Assembly (NCBI GenBank): GCA_948857205.1
Contig: CAQPRV010000062.1
Coordinates: 46 to 64,045, forward strand
DNA from: an uncultured Clostridia bacterium
GTDB lineage: Bacteria; Bacillota; Clostridia; TANB77; CAG-508
Length of the DNA stretch: 64,000 nucleotides
Direction of reading: 5' to 3'
The notes beneath the pieces were generated by a model that saw only the letters and a list, made by a program, of their open reading frames with translations, ran no database searches and was not told the DNA's origin. The position numbers were made by a program, and so were the translations under genes. Below, one piece after another: positions 21,001-32,663 of this stretch (positions are counted from its first letter, which is position 1; each line of letters begins with the position of its first letter).

Positions 21001-22377
21001 TTACTCTAAGAATCCCTTATAATGTCTCATTGCTAATTGAGATTCTAATTGTTGCACTGTTTCTAGTGCTACACCTACAACGATTAATATTGATGTTCCT
21101 CCAAAAGCAATATTAAGATTTGTAAATCTTAATAGCATTGGTAAAATTGCAATTAATGATAAGAATAAACCACCAAACCATGTCAATTTAGATATAATTG
21201 ATGATAAGTATTCTGTAGTTGGTTTTCCAGCTCTAATTCCTGGTATAAATCCACCATTTTTCTTTATATTATTAGATACTTCTGCTGGATTAAAAGTTGC
21301 ATAAGTATAGAAAAATGTAAATCCTATAATTAACAACAAATACACAAGAGCATTAGCTATAGAATATCCTATTCCAACACTTGAACTTGATGTAGCAATA
21401 GAAAATTTATATAAACCTGCTAAAAATCCTGTTTGATTTGCTATATCTGATACAAATATTTGGATAATCATAGCTGGAAAAGTCATAAAGGAAGAAGCAA
21501 AGATTACTGGCATAACACCTGCCATTGCTAATTTTAATGGTATATGTGTATTTTGTGCACCAACCATCTTTCTTCCTACTACTTTTTTAGAATATTGTAC
21601 AGGTACTCTTCTTTCAGCTTGTTGTACAAATACAACGCCTGCTACTAAAATAAGTGCTCCAATGACAATTCCTATTGCAGTCAATAAACCTGTTGTACTA
21701 AATCCTGCTTGTGGTAAAATTATATTCCATAATGTTGTAATTCCACTTGGTAATCTTGAAATAATACCAATAAAAATTAATAAGGAAATTCCATTTCCAA
21801 TACCTTTACTTGTAATTTGTTCTCCTAACCACATTAATAAAGCAGTTCCAGCAACTAAACCTGTTACTACTAAAAATCCTGTTAGAAAAGTATTATCTAC
21901 AAATATTCCAGAAGATTTGTAAGATAAGTAAATACCTGTTCCCTCAACTAGAGCTAATACTACAGTTAATAGTTTAGTATATCTATTTATCTTTTTTCTT
22001 CCTTCTTCTCCACCTTCTTTAGTTAATCTTTCTAAAGATGGTATAATCATTGCAAGTAATTGAATTACAATTGATGCAGTAATATATGGACTTATTGACA
22101 TTGCAAATACTGAGAATCTTGAAAAAGCTCCTCCTGATATCATGTCAATTAGTCCAGCTATTCCATTTGTATCTCCCATTGCATCATTTAAGGCAATACT
22201 ATTTACTCCTGGAACTGTAATATAACATCCAAATCTAAATACAACAATTAATATTAAGGTATAAAATAACTTTTTTCTCACTTCTGGTGTTGATATAGCA
22301 TTTTTTATTGTTTTAAACATTGATGTCTTCGCAGAAGCTGAAGATTGCCCACGAATTGAATTTAAAAATCCTGACAC
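21001..22377 (-). CDS. secY: Preprotein translocase subunit SecY
   Basis: 458-aa multi-TM ORF. The canonical N-terminus MFKTIKNAISTPEVRKKLFYTL begins at residue 20, so the true start may be ATG 22320 rather than GTG 22377. Confidence 0.9.
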   Translation of the reverse strand: MSGFLNSIRGQSSASAKTSMFKTIKNAISTPEVRKKLFYTLILIVVFRFGCYITVPGVNSIALNDAMGDTNGIAGLIDMISGGAFSRFSVFAMSISPYITASIVIQLLAMIIPSLERLTKEGGEEGRKKINRYTKLLTVVLALVEGTGIYLSYKSSGIFVDNTFLTGFLVVTGLVAGTALLMWLGEQITSKGIGNGISLLIFIGIISRLPSGITTLWNIILPQAGFSTTGLLTAIGIVIGALILVAGVVFVQQAERRVPVQYSKKVVGRKMVGAQNTHIPLKLAMAGVMPVIFASSFMTFPAMIIQIFVSDIANQTGFLAGLYKFSIATSSSSVGIGYSIANALVYLLLIIGFTFFYTYATFNPAEVSNNIKKNGGFIPGIRAGKPTTEYLSSIISKLTWFGGLFLSLIAILPMLLRFTNLNIAFGGTSILIVVGVALETVQQLESQLAMRHYKGFLE

Positions 22378-22812
22378 CTAAATCACCTCTGCCTTTCCAC
22401 CTAAAGCTTCGATTTCTTCTTTTGCTTTTGTTGTGAATCTATTAGCCTTAACGTTCAATTTTTTATCTAATTTTCCTGTAGCTAAAATTACTATTCCGTC
22501 ATTTACTTTTCCTATTATTCCTTCTTCTAATAGAGTAGCAGCTGTAACTTCAGTTGCATTAGATTTGTTTAACATTGTTAAAGTAACTTCTGTATAAGTC
22601 TTTCTGTGTATGTTATTAAATCCTCTTTTTGGTAATCTTCTATATAATGGTGTTTGCCCACCTTCAAATCCTCTTCTTACTCCTCCACCTGATCTTGCTT
22701 TTTGTCCTTTTTGACCTCTTCCTGATGTTTTTCCATTTCCTGAACCAATTCCACGTCCTACTATGTTTCTTTTTGTTTTCTTAACAGCTGGTTTTAATTC
22801 TCCTATTTTCAT
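22378..22812 (-). CDS. rplO: 50S ribosomal protein L15
   Basis: [33 protein letters not shown]. Start moved to ATG 22812 after an AGGAGG RBS. Confidence 0.95.
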   Translation of the reverse strand: MKIGELKPAVKKTKRNIVGRGIGSGNGKTSGRGQKGQKARSGGGVRRGFEGGQTPLYRRLPKRGFNNIHRKTYTEVTLTMLNKSNATEVTAATLLEEGIIGKVNDGIVILATGKLDKKLNVKANRFTTKAKEEIEALGGKAEVI

Positions 22813-22894
22813 TATGCCTTGCACCTCCTTTTTCTTTGATAAAAGGGGACTTTTATTTATATGTATATATTGTGTTATCCCCTAAATAGTATTT

Positions 22895-23380
22895 TTATAA
22901 AATATCGTCTACTTTTTTTCCTCTTTTTTTAGCAACTTGCTCAACTGTTTGCATAGATTTTAATCCTTCTATTGTAGCATAAACTACGTTTCTTGGATTA
23001 TTAGTTCCTATAACTTTTGTTCTTATATCTTTATATCCTGCAAGTTCAAGTACTGGTCTAACACTACCTCCTGCAATAAGTCCTGTACCAACAACTGCTG
23101 GTTTTAACATTACTTTAGCACTTCCAAATTTTCCTACATATTCATGTGGTACACTTGTTCCAACTATTGGAACTTCAACTAAGTTCTTTTTAGCTTCTTG
23201 GATTGCTTTTTTTATTGCATCTGGTACTTCTGCAGCTTTACCATTTCCTACACCTACATGACCGTTTTCATCTCCAACTACTACTACAGCACTAAATCTA
23301 AAAGTTCTACCACCTTTAACAACTTTAGCAACTCTATTAATAGCTACAACTTTTTCTTTTAATTCATTTTTTTCTTCCAT
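22895..23380 (-). CDS. rpsE: 30S ribosomal protein S5
   Basis: [27 protein letters not shown] motif, 161 aa. Confidence 0.95.
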   Translation of the reverse strand: MEEKNELKEKVVAINRVAKVVKGGRTFRFSAVVVVGDENGHVGVGNGKAAEVPDAIKKAIQEAKKNLVEVPIVGTSVPHEYVGKFGSAKVMLKPAVVGTGLIAGGSVRPVLELAGYKDIRTKVIGTNNPRNVVYATIEGLKSMQTVEQVAKKRGKKVDDIL

Positions 23381-23472
23381 AGGTTTTAGCTTTACCTCCT
23401 TATTTCTATATTGTTTACAAAATACATTTTGTGATTTTAAATCTAGTATATATTGTTTTACTTACAAATTTA

Positions 23473-23832
23473 CTAGAATTTTAATCCACCTTCTCTAGCT
23501 GCTTCTGCTAGTTCTTTAACAACTCCATGATAGATATATCCACCACGGTCAAATACTACATTTTCTATTTTCTTCTCTATAGCTCTTTTTGCAATTAATT
23601 GTCCTACTTCTTTTGCAGCAACTTTATTAGCATGCTTTGTTTTAATTTCTTTGTCTAAAGTAGAAGCTTGAACTAATGTATTTCCAGCAACATCATCAAT
23701 TATTTGTACATATATGTTTGTATTGCTTCTATATATACATAATCTTGGTCTTTCTGCTGTTCCAGATATTTTTCTTCTTACTCTTAAATGTCTTCTTTCT
23801 CTTTCCATTTTTCTATCTGTCTTTTTTACCAT
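23473..23832 (-). CDS. rplR: 50S ribosomal protein L18
   Basis: [34 protein letters not shown]. Confidence 0.95.
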   Translation of the reverse strand: MVKKTDRKMERERRHLRVRRKISGTAERPRLCIYRSNTNIYVQIIDDVAGNTLVQASTLDKEIKTKHANKVAAKEVGQLIAKRAIEKKIENVVFDRGGYIYHGVVKELAEAAREGGLKF

Positions 23833-23879
23833 TTTTATTACTCCTTTCTAAAAAATTGAGTTTTTATTAACTACAAATT

Positions 23880-24416
23880 TTATTTACCTGTTTTACCTTC
23901 TTTACGTCTAATAACTTCATCAGCATATTTAATTCCTTTACCTCTATATACTTCAGGTGGTCTCTTAGTTCTTATAACAGCTGCTGTTTGACCAACTAAT
24001 TCTTTATCTATTCCATTAACTATAATTGTATTAGGGTTTGGAACGTCAAAGGTAATTCCTTCTGGTGCTTCGAAAATTACTGGATGTGAGTATCCTAAGG
24101 TTAAATTTAAATCATTTCCTTGTTTTTGAACTCTATATCCAACACCATTAATTTGTAATTCTTTACTATATGCTGATGTTACACCAATAATCATGTTATT
24201 AATTAAAGTTCTAGTTAATCCATGTAAACTTCTACTTGTTGCTTCATCATCTTTTCTTGTAACTTTAATGATGTTATCTGTCATTTCTACTGAAATGTCT
24301 TTATGTATTTCTCTTTCCATTGTTCCTTTTGGTCCTGTTACAATAATATTTTGACCATCTATTTTTACTTGTACTTCAGATGGAACAGTAATTGGTTTAT
24401 TTCCTATTCTTGACAT
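23880..24416 (-). CDS. rplF: 50S ribosomal protein L6
   Basis: MSRIGNKPITVPSEVQVKIDG..., 178 aa. Confidence 0.95.
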   Translation of the reverse strand: MSRIGNKPITVPSEVQVKIDGQNIIVTGPKGTMEREIHKDISVEMTDNIIKVTRKDDEATSRSLHGLTRTLINNMIIGVTSAYSKELQINGVGYRVQKQGNDLNLTLGYSHPVIFEAPEGITFDVPNPNTIIVNGIDKELVGQTAAVIRTKRPPEVYRGKGIKYADEVIRRKEGKTGK

Positions 24417-24488
24417 TTTTAGTCTTCCCTCCTTTTAACAAATTCTTTTTACTTTTAGATACTTTATTTATATATTAGTGAATGAGTA

Positions 24489-24887
24489 TTACCAAATATA
24501 AGCTAAGACTTCTCCACCAACACCTAATTGTCTAGCTTCTTTATCTGTTTTTAATCCTTTTGAAGTTGAAATAATTGCTATTCCTAATCCATTTAGTACT
24601 CTAGGTAATTCTTCTTTAGATGCATATACACGTAAACCTGGTTTACTTATTCTTCTTAATCCATCAATTACTCTATTTCCTTTTTCATCATATTTTAAAG
24701 TAATTCTTATAATTCCTTGAGCATCGTCTCTAATTTCTTCAAAAGCTTTTATATATCCTTCTTTAAATAGTATGTCAGCAATTCCTAGTTTCATATTTGA
24801 AGCTGGAATATCAACTGTCTTATGCTTTGAACTATTTGCATTTCTAATTCTTGTTAACATATCTGCTATTGGGTCTGTAATGTTCAT
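24489..24887 (-). CDS. rpsH: 30S ribosomal protein S8
   Basis: [27 protein letters not shown]. Confidence 0.95.
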   Translation of the reverse strand: MNITDPIADMLTRIRNANSSKHKTVDIPASNMKLGIADILFKEGYIKAFEEIRDDAQGIIRITLKYDEKGNRVIDGLRRISKPGLRVYASKEELPRVLNGLGIAIISTSKGLKTDKEARQLGVGGEVLAYIW

Positions 24888-24949
24888 TAACTACTTACCT
24901 CCTTTTTTCATATTCTTTTCTATATTGTTTTGAAAACTGATAATTTTGT

Positions 24950-25135
24950 CTACCAGCTAGCTTTCTTAACACCTGGAATTTCTCCCTTATGTGCTAATTC
25001 TCTAAAACACACACGGCAAATTCCATATTTTCTAATATAACTATGTGGTCTTCCACATAATTTACATCTGTTATATTCTCTTGTTTTATACTTTTGTGGC
25101 CTTGCTTGTTTTACTTTCATTGATTTTTTAGCCAT
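24950..25135 (-). CDS. rpsN: 30S ribosomal protein S14 type Z (zinc-binding, 61 aa)
   Basis: [16 protein letters not shown]...[23 protein letters not shown]. Confidence 0.95.
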   Translation of the reverse strand: MAKKSMKVKQARPQKYKTREYNRCKLCGRPHSYIRKYGICRVCFRELAHKGEIPGVKKASW

Positions 25136-25181
25136 AGTATTACTCCTTTCCTAATTCTACTATGTATGCATTTTATATGAT

Positions 25182-25721
25182 TTATGCTTTGAAAGGCATA
25201 CCCATTAATTTTAGTAACTCTCTAGCTTCTTCATCAGTTTTAGCTGTTGTTACAAAAATTATATCCATACCTCTTAATTTATCTACTTTGTCATATTCTA
25301 TTTCAGGGAATATTAGTTGCTCTTTGATTCCCATAGAGTAATTTCCTCTTCCATCAAAAGAGTCTTTTGATACCCCTCTAAAATCTCTAACTCTTGGAAG
25401 TGCTACATTGAATAATTTATATGCAAAATCATACATTTTATCTGCTCTTAATGTAACTTTACATCCAATGTTAACTCCTTCTCTTAATTTAAAGGCTGCA
25501 ATTGATTTTCTTGCTTTTGTTACTATTGGTCTTTGACCTGTAATTATTGTTAAATCATTCATCGCATTTTCTAAGGCTTTAGGGTTTTCTTTTAAGTCTC
25601 CTAAACCAATGTTTATTACTATTTTGTCAATTTTTGGTACTTGCATAACAGATTTATATTCGAATTTTTTCATTAATGCTGGGATTATTTCTTTTTCATA
25701 TTGTTCTCTTAATTTTTCCAT
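25182..25721 (-). CDS. rplE: 50S ribosomal protein L5
   Basis: 179 aa. [22 protein letters not shown]. Confidence 0.95.
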   Translation of the reverse strand: MEKLREQYEKEIIPALMKKFEYKSVMQVPKIDKIVINIGLGDLKENPKALENAMNDLTIITGQRPIVTKARKSIAAFKLREGVNIGCKVTLRADKMYDFAYKLFNVALPRVRDFRGVSKDSFDGRGNYSMGIKEQLIFPEIEYDKVDKLRGMDIIFVTTAKTDEEARELLKLMGMPFKA

Positions 25722-25743
25722 TATTTGTTAATCCTCCTTTCTT

Positions 25744-26052
25744 TTAATTTAATTTTGCTCCGCATTTTTTACAAATACGTATTTTTTTGTCTTTTTCTTC
25801 TTTATATCCTATTTTTGTTGCTTTTCCACATTTAGCACATACTATATTTGCTTTTGAACTTGGTATTGCACATTCTACTGATATGATTCCACTTTCGTCC
25901 CCTTGTCTTTTTGCTTTTATGTGCTTTTTTCTTATATTAACTCCTTTTACAATTATTTTATCTTTTTTTGGAATTACTTCAAGAACTTCTCCTGTTGTTC
26001 CTTTGTCATTTCCTGATAAAATTTGAACGTTGTCTCCTTTTTTTATTCTCAT
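25744..26052 (-). CDS. rplX: 50S ribosomal protein L24 (clostridial CxxC...CxxC tail)
   Basis: MRIKKGDNVQILSGNDKGTTGEV KOW motif. C-terminal CAKCGK...CKKCG. Confidence 0.95.
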   Translation of the reverse strand: MRIKKGDNVQILSGNDKGTTGEVLEVIPKKDKIIVKGVNIRKKHIKAKRQGDESGIISVECAIPSSKANIVCAKCGKATKIGYKEEKDKKIRICKKCGAKLN

Positions 26053-26179
26053 TAGAGTTTACCCTCCTTTTCTCGATTATTTATCTTGAATATTATGTTT
26101 TATTATTTACAATCTCGCTTCACTCGATTGTATCTTTAATCCGTAAAGCTCAAATATCATAAATATTTTCGCTAACGGC

Positions 26180-26548
26180 TTAAAGAACCTCTGGAGCTAG
26201 TGATAATATTTTCATGTATTCTTTTTCTCTTAGTTCTCTTGCTACTGGTCCGAAGATACGTGTTCCTTTTGGTGTTCCATCTTCTTTTATTATTACTGCT
26301 GCGTTTTCGTCAAATTTTATATATGAACCATCTGGTCTTCTTAGTCCTCTTTTTGATCTTACTATAACTGCTTTCACAACATCACCTTTTTTTACAACTC
26401 CACCTGGTGTTGCTGATTTTACTGAAGCTACTATTACGTCTCCAATGTTAGAGGTTTTTCTATATGAACCACCTAAGCATCTTATACACATAATTTCTTT
26501 TGCACCTGTGTTGTCTGCTACTTTTAATCTTGTTTGTTGTTGGATCAT
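26180..26548 (-). CDS. rplN: 50S ribosomal protein L14
   Basis: [23 protein letters not shown]. Confidence 0.95.
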   Translation of the reverse strand: MIQQQTRLKVADNTGAKEIMCIRCLGGSYRKTSNIGDVIVASVKSATPGGVVKKGDVVKAVIVRSKRGLRRPDGSYIKFDENAAVIIKEDGTPKGTRIFGPVARELREKEYMKILSLAPEVL

Positions 26549-26637
26549 TTATAATTTCTCCTTTCTTTTTTGTTATGGAATACTATTTACTATAATATTA
26601 TTTTTGATTTGTTTTCTTTGAGGTATTTTCCTCTTTT

Positions 26638-26901
26638 TTATTTTTTAATAGCTTTTTCTAAAATTTCAACTACTCTCCATCTTTTATCTTTAGATAGTGG
26701 TCTTGTTTCCATTACTTTTACTTTATCTCCTATTTGACATGCATTTTCTTCATCATGTGCTTTTAGTTTATAAGTTCTTTTTACTGTTTTTCCATATGCT
26801 TTATGGCTTACACTTGTTTCAACAACTACAACTACTGTTTTATCCATTTTGTTTGATATAACAGTACCAACCATAACTTTACGAAGATTTCTTTCTTCCA
26901 T
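26638..26901 (-). CDS. rpsQ: 30S ribosomal protein S17
   Basis: [18 protein letters not shown]..., 87 aa. Confidence 0.95.
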   Translation of the reverse strand: MEERNLRKVMVGTVISNKMDKTVVVVVETSVSHKAYGKTVKRTYKLKAHDEENACQIGDKVKVMETRPLSKDKRWRVVEILEKAIKK

Positions 26902-27034
26902 TTAGATTTCTCCTTTCTAAATTATGTCAGGACACATCTTTTTCTTTTAGGTTCTATAATTATATAAATAATTACTTTTATTATTAACCTTATTTTTTTA
27001 ATGCGTTATTCCCTTTTTTCTTATATTTTAGCTA

Positions 27035-27238
27035 TTATTTTTTTGCTTCTGCTATTTTTCTTGCTGTTAATATTGTATTTATTCTAGCTATATCTTTTTT
27101 TACACTTTTTATTTTCATAGGATTTTCTAATCCATTTGTAGCTAAACTAAATTTTAGCTTGAATAGTTCTGTTTTTAGTTCACCTAATTCTTTTTCTAGC
27201 TCTGGTGAAGACATTTCTTTTATTTTATTTATCTTCAT
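27035..27238 (-). CDS. rpmC: 50S ribosomal protein L29
   Basis: [30 protein letters not shown]. Overlaps the rplP 3' end. Confidence 0.9.
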   Translation of the reverse strand: MKINKIKEMSSPELEKELGELKTELFKLKFSLATNGLENPMKIKSVKKDIARINTILTARKIAEAKK

Positions 27239-27668
27239 CACTATCACCTACCTTTTCAGTTTCTTTTGCTACAAATTTTGTTTTATTAGGTAGTTTATTC
27301 ATAGCAAGTCTTAAGGCTTCTCTAGCAATTTCTTCTGATACTCCAGATATTTCGAACATTACTCTACCTGGTTTTACAACTGCTACCCAATATTCTGGAG
27401 CTCCTTTACCTTTACCCATACGAGTACCGATAGGTTTTGCAGTTATTGGTTTGTCTGGGAATATTTTAATCCAAACTTTTCCACCTCTTTTTATATAACG
27501 AGTCATAGCAATACGAGCTGCTTCTATTTGGTTACTTGTAATTAAACCAGCTGTTACAGCTTGAATTCCATATTCTCCATCTGTAACTCTATTTCCTCTA
27601 GTTGCTTTTCCTCTCATTCTACCTTTTTGCATTTTTCTATGCTTTGTTCTTTTTGGCATTAATGGCAT
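27225..27668 (-). CDS. rplP: 50S ribosomal protein L16
   Basis: [27 protein letters not shown] overlap with the rpsC stop. Confidence 0.95.
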   Translation of the reverse strand: MPLMPKRTKHRKMQKGRMRGKATRGNRVTDGEYGIQAVTAGLITSNQIEAARIAMTRYIKRGGKVWIKIFPDKPITAKPIGTRMGKGKGAPEYWVAVVKPGRVMFEISGVSEEIAREALRLAMNKLPNKTKFVAKETEKVGDSDEDK

Positions 27669-28324
27669 TATTGGTCTCCTCCTTCCACTTTTCTTTCTGG
27701 AAGAATTTCTCCTTTATATATCCAAACTTTAACTCCAATTTTTCCATAGGTTGTATCTGCTTCTGCAAATCCATAATCTATATCTGCTCTTAAAGTTTGT
27801 AATGGAATATTCCCTTCTTTATAGAATTCTGTTCTTGCCATGTCTGCTCCACCTAATCTTCCAGATACTGAAGTTTTTATTCCTAAAGCACCTGACTTAA
27901 TAGATTTTTGCATACATTGTTTCATAGCTCTTCTAAACGAAATTCTTCTTTCTAATTGTCCTGCAATGTTTTCAGCAACTAATTGTGCATCTACATCTGC
28001 ATTTTTTACTTCTACTATATTTAAGTTTACTTCTCTTCCTATTAATTTTGCAAGTTCAGCTTTTACACTTTCTACTCCTGCTCCACCTTTTCCTATTACT
28101 ATACCTGGTTTTGCAGTATGTAAATTTACTTTTACAACTTTTGCTGTTCTTTCTATTTCTATTTTAGAAATTCCAGCTAAATATAATTTTTTCTTTAAAA
28201 AATTACGAATTTTTTGATCTTCTACTAAATAATCTGCAAAATTATTAGAATTTGCATACCATTTAGAGTTCCAGTCTTTTATAATCCCAACTCTAACACC
28301 TGTTGGATGAACCTTTTGTCCCAT
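27668..28324 (-). CDS. rpsC: 30S ribosomal protein S3
   Basis: [24 protein letters not shown] and KH domain. Confidence 0.95.
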   Translation of the reverse strand: MGQKVHPTGVRVGIIKDWNSKWYANSNNFADYLVEDQKIRNFLKKKLYLAGISKIEIERTAKVVKVNLHTAKPGIVIGKGGAGVESVKAELAKLIGREVNLNIVEVKNADVDAQLVAENIAGQLERRISFRRAMKQCMQKSIKSGALGIKTSVSGRLGGADMARTEFYKEGNIPLQTLRADIDYGFAEADTTYGKIGVKVWIYKGEILPERKVEGGDQ

Positions 28325-28389
28325 TTATTAAATCCTCCTTTTCTTTAAAATGTCAGTGGTATTTCCTCTTTTAGGCTTACCCTTTTATC

Positions 28390-28752
28390 TTAATCTCTTT
28401 CTTTTAAACATATTGTTATATGACTTGTTCTTTTTCTAATTCTTACTGCTGAACCTTTTGCGGCTGGTCTAATTCTTTTTAAAGTTGGACCTTGATTTGC
28501 ATATATTTCAGCTACATATAAATCTTGTGTCTTCATACCATGATTGTTTTCAGCATTTGCTATTGCTGATTTTAATAATTTTTCAATTATTTCTGATGAT
28601 GCTTTTGGTGTGAATTTTATTATTGCTAAAGCTTCATCTACGTTTTTTCCTCTAATTAAATCTGCAACAATTTTCACTTTTCTTGCTGATATTCTTGCAT
28701 ATCTTAGAGTTGCTTTAGCTTCATTAACTAATACTGTTTCTTGCTCTTGCAC
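28390..28752 (-). CDS. rplV: 50S ribosomal protein L22
   Basis: [31 protein letters not shown]. Confidence 0.95.
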   Translation of the reverse strand: MQEQETVLVNEAKATLRYARISARKVKIVADLIRGKNVDEALAIIKFTPKASSEIIEKLLKSAIANAENNHGMKTQDLYVAEIYANQGPTLKRIRPAAKGSAVRIRKRTSHITICLKERD

Positions 28753-28838
28753 TTTATTTCCCTCCTTGTTTATTTGTAAGGTTTATTTTGGTTTATCATG
28801 TTACTTTTAAATTATAAATTTATAACCTCTTCAAGTTT

Positions 28839-29114
28839 TTATTTTTTTGTTGCTTTATCTCCTGCATGACCTTTAAAGGTTCTTGTAGGAGCAAATTCGC
28901 CTAATTTGTGGCCTATCATTTCTTCTGCTATATAGATTGGAACATGTTTTCTTCCATCATGTACAGCAATCGTGTGTCCTACCATTTGTGGATATATTGT
29001 TGATGCTCTTGACCATGTTTTTAGTACTTCTTTGCTTCCATTTTCGTTCATAGCTTCTATTCTTTTTAATAATTTTTCTTGTACAAATGGTTTTTTCTTA
29101 CTTGATCTTGACAT
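28839..29114 (-). CDS. rpsS: 30S ribosomal protein S19
   Basis: [11 protein letters not shown]...[17 protein letters not shown]. Confidence 0.95.
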   Translation of the reverse strand: MSRSSKKKPFVQEKLLKRIEAMNENGSKEVLKTWSRASTIYPQMVGHTIAVHDGRKHVPIYIAEEMIGHKLGEFAPTRTFKGHAGDKATKK

Positions 29115-29246
29115 ATCTTAAATGTCCTCCTTTCTTATACGGTTTGCAATCTCGATTAACTCAATTGCATAAGTTATTTGTAATTTGTTTCACTTTAACT
29201 AATAACTTAAGGTTTGTATTTTTACCTGATTGCATAAGCTATGTGT

Positions 29247-30074
29247 TTATTTACTGTTTCTTCTCTTAACAATAAATTTATTAGATTGTTTCTTTTTATT
29301 TCTTGTTTTATATCCAAGTGCTGGTTTTCCCCAAGGTGTTAATGGTCCTGCGTGTCCTACAGGTGCTCTACCTTCACCACCACCATGTGGGTGATCTACT
29401 GGGTTCATAACTGATCCTCTTACTGTAGGTCTTATTCCCATATGTCTTTTTCTTCCTGCTTTTCCTATTTTAACATTTTCATGATCACTATTTCCTATTG
29501 TTCCTATTGTAGCTCTACATGTTGATAATATTAGTCTCATTTCTCCTGATGGTAATCTTACATGTGCATATTTTCCTTCTTTAGCCATTAATTGTGCACT
29601 TTGTCCTGCTGCTTTTACTAATTTTCCACCTTGTTTTGGGTTTAATTCGATGTTGTGTATTAAAGTTCCTACTGGAATTGCACTTATTGGCATTGCATTT
29701 CCTGGTTTGATGTCTACTGTTTCTCCTGATATTACTTTGTCTCCGTCTGTTAGTCCTTGTGGAGCTAAGATATATGCTTTTTCTCCATCTTCATATTGGA
29801 TTAATGCAATATTTGCACTTCTGTTTGGATCGTATTCTATTCCTATTACTGTTGCTTCCATATTGTCTTTGTTTCTTTTGAAGTCTACTATTCTATATTT
29901 TTGTCTGTTTCCTCCACCTTGATGTCTTACTGTTATTCTACCATATGAGTTTCTTCCTGCATTTTTCTTTTTCTTTGCTAGTAAGGTTTTTTCTGGTGTC
30001 TTTTTTGTTATTTCTTCAAATGATGATACAGTCATGTTTCTTCTTGATGGGGTGTATGGTTTAAAGTGTTTCAT
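29247..30074 (-). CDS. rplB: 50S ribosomal protein L2
   Basis: 275 aa. [12 protein letters not shown]..., [14 protein letters not shown]. Confidence 0.95.
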   Translation of the reverse strand: MKHFKPYTPSRRNMTVSSFEEITKKTPEKTLLAKKKKNAGRNSYGRITVRHQGGGNRQKYRIVDFKRNKDNMEATVIGIEYDPNRSANIALIQYEDGEKAYILAPQGLTDGDKVISGETVDIKPGNAMPISAIPVGTLIHNIELNPKQGGKLVKAAGQSAQLMAKEGKYAHVRLPSGEMRLILSTCRATIGTIGNSDHENVKIGKAGRKRHMGIRPTVRGSVMNPVDHPHGGGEGRAPVGHAGPLTPWGKPALGYKTRNKKKQSNKFIVKRRNSK

Positions 30075-30306
30075 TACTATTCTCCTCTCAAAACGATAAA
30101 AACCTTCGCATTACTTCTTTAAATTTAAAAATATTTCTTCGGCATACTTATGTATAGCCTTATCAATATTTTTAAATTTGCTTAGTACTGCTTGCTTTTG
30201 ATCATTTTTCTATTCTACTTTTATTTACGGATATTTTTCCTGCTCCGTATCACAGATATTCTTTATTTTCCGGGTTCTCTCCCGATATTTTTTTCTATCT
30301 TTTTAT

Positions 30307-30654
30307 TTATGCTCCCATAAATTCATCAATAGCGTCTTTGTATTTTTTAGAAACTTTAGTTTCTTTTCCACCTTTAGCTAGATATGAAACTTCTGATGGA
30401 TTTGTGTCTATTGTTACAATAGCTTTTTTCCAGTCTGAAGTTTTTCCTACATGGTATCCTACTCTTTTCTTTTTTCCGTTTATATTCATTGTATTTACTT
30501 TTAATACTTTTACTTGGAATAATTTTTCTACCGCTTTTGCTATGTCTATTTTTGTTGCTTTTTTATTTACTTTAAATGTGTATTTACCTTCTTGTAGTTG
30601 GTCATTACTCTTTTCAGTAACAACTGGTGCAATTATAATTTCTTCTGGTAACAT
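30307..30654 (-). CDS. rplW: 50S ribosomal protein L23 (C-terminally extended)
   Basis: [24 protein letters not shown], 115 aa. Confidence 0.9.
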   Translation of the reverse strand: MLPEEIIIAPVVTEKSNDQLQEGKYTFKVNKKATKIDIAKAVEKLFQVKVLKVNTMNINGKKKRVGYHVGKTSDWKKAIVTIDTNPSEVSYLAKGGKETKVSKKYKDAIDEFMGA

Positions 30655-31277
30655 TATGCGTACACCTCCTCTAATTTTTTAACAGTATCTACTGGTAAAA
30701 TTAGATTTGTATAATTTAATAAATCAAATACATTAATGTTATTAGCTGTAATTGTTTTAACTCCTTCAATATTTCTTGATGACATTAAAACGTTTTTGTT
30801 GTTTTCTGGAAGAACTATTAAGGTTTTTCCTGCAACTTTTAAGTCTGATAATGCTTTTACCATTGTTTTTGTTTTGATTTCTTTTACTTCTAATTTGTCA
30901 ACAACTGTTAATTCTTTTTCTATCACTTTAGAACTTAATATTGATTTGATTGCTAATCTTCTTTCTTTTTTGTTTACTGTATATCTATATGAACGAGGTT
31001 TTGGTCCTAATGCAATTCCACCTTTTATCCATTGTGGAGCTCTTATTGAACCTTGTCTTGCTCTACCTGTTCCTTTTTGTCTCCATGGTTTTCTTCCTCC
31101 ACCACGAACTTCTGCTCTTGTTTTTGTACTTTGTGTACCTTGTCTTTGATTAGCTAAATAATTCACTAGTACTTCATGTACTATGTTTTCGTTTGGTTCA
31201 ATTCCAAATACATTTTCAGCTAAGTCTATATCGCTTACTTTTTTCCCTTTTATATCATATACATCTACTTTTGGCAT
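30654..31277 (-). CDS. rplD: 50S ribosomal protein L4
   Basis: 207 aa. [30 protein letters not shown]. Confidence 0.95.
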   Translation of the reverse strand: MPKVDVYDIKGKKVSDIDLAENVFGIEPNENIVHEVLVNYLANQRQGTQSTKTRAEVRGGGRKPWRQKGTGRARQGSIRAPQWIKGGIALGPKPRSYRYTVNKKERRLAIKSILSSKVIEKELTVVDKLEVKEIKTKTMVKALSDLKVAGKTLIVLPENNKNVLMSSRNIEGVKTITANNINVFDLLNYTNLILPVDTVKKLEEVYA

Positions 31278-31299
31278 GATTTAATTTCCTCCTTCCTTA

Positions 31300-31935
31300 C
31301 TATTTACTAGCCTTTACTGTTGATTTTATTTTTAAGATAGCTCCTTTAGGTCCTGGAACACTACCTTTTATTAATAATACATTTTTATCCATATCAACTT
31401 TAACAACATCTAAGTTTTGTATTGTAACTGTAACTCTTCCCATGTGTCCTGGTAGTTTTTTACCTTTGAATACTCTACTTGGTGTTGAACATGCTCCCAT
31501 TGATCCTGGTCTTCTATGATACATTGATCCATGTCCCATTGGTCCTCTATGTTGTCCATGTCTTTTTATAACACCTTGGAATCCTTTTCCTTTTGAGGTT
31601 CCTTGTACATCCACTCTTTCTCCTGCTTCAAATATGTTTGCTTTTACTTCGTCTCCTACTTTATAGGTAGTGATGTCTTCTAGTCTGAATTCTCTTAGAT
31701 GTTTTTTATTTGTTAATTTTGCTTTTGCAAAATGTCCTGCTTCTGGTTTGTTTATATGTTTGTCTTTTATTTCTCCATATCCTAATTGTATTGCATTATA
31801 TCCATCAGTTTCTACAGTTTTTACTTGTGCTACAATATTTCCTTCTGTTTCTATAACTGTTACTGGAATAACATTTCCTTTTTCATCAAATATTTGTGTC
31901 ATACCGATTTTTTTTCCGATAATTCCTTTTTTCAC
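31300..31935 (-). CDS. rplC: 50S ribosomal protein L3
   Basis: [31 protein letters not shown] start after a TAGGAGG RBS. Confidence 0.95.
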   Translation of the reverse strand: MKKGIIGKKIGMTQIFDEKGNVIPVTVIETEGNIVAQVKTVETDGYNAIQLGYGEIKDKHINKPEAGHFAKAKLTNKKHLREFRLEDITTYKVGDEVKANIFEAGERVDVQGTSKGKGFQGVIKRHGQHRGPMGHGSMYHRRPGSMGACSTPSRVFKGKKLPGHMGRVTVTIQNLDVVKVDMDKNVLLIKGSVPGPKGAILKIKSTVKASK

Positions 31936-32074
31936 TTTAATTTCCTCCTAACTATTGGCTAACTTTTGTTAGCTTGGTTTTGATGCTACATTTCTATGTA
32001 GTTTAATTTTTAATGTTCACAATTTAGCTTTGCTCGATTGCATAAGCTCTAAATAAAACTGTTTTTCCGCTAAC

Positions 32075-32398
32075 TTATAGCTTAATTTCAATATCTACAC
32101 CAGCTGGTAGTTCTAATTTCATAAGGTTATCAACTGTTTTTTGTGTTGGGTATAAAATATCGATTACTCTTTTATGTGTTCTCATTTCAAATTGTTCTCT
32201 TGAGTCTTTGTATTTGTGTGGAGAACGTAGTATTGTTACGATTTCTTTTTGTGTTGGTAATGGAATAGGACCTGAAACCTTTGCTCCTGTTTTCTTAGCA
32301 GTATCTACTATTTTTTCAGCAGACTGATCTAAAACTACATGGTCATATGCTTTTAGTCTTATTCTTATTTTTTCGCTTGTTGCTACTGTGTTTGCCAT
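32075..32398 (-). CDS. rpsJ: 30S ribosomal protein S10
   Basis: [22 protein letters not shown]...[19 protein letters not shown]. Confidence 0.95.
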   Translation of the reverse strand: MANTVATSEKIRIRLKAYDHVVLDQSAEKIVDTAKKTGAKVSGPIPLPTQKEIVTILRSPHKYKDSREQFEMRTHKRVIDILYPTQKTVDNLMKLELPAGVDIEIKL

Positions 32399-32663
32399 TG
32401 TAATTTTCCCTCCTTTAATTTATATTTTCTTACGGCAACTTTATTTTGTTGCCAAAATTACCGTGGCAAGTTAGAACGCATTCTGGTGTTTTGTTTGTCA
32501 CCTATTTTTAAACCCAAAAATCGCATGAAATCTTGGGATAAGTGCATTCTATTTAAACTTACCGCCTGGTCTTTGCCATGACATACTCCACTAAAGTTCC
32601 CTCCATCTTACTTTTGTATAGATGTAGCCACATTTAGCTTCAACGCAAAACTCATGCTTAATT

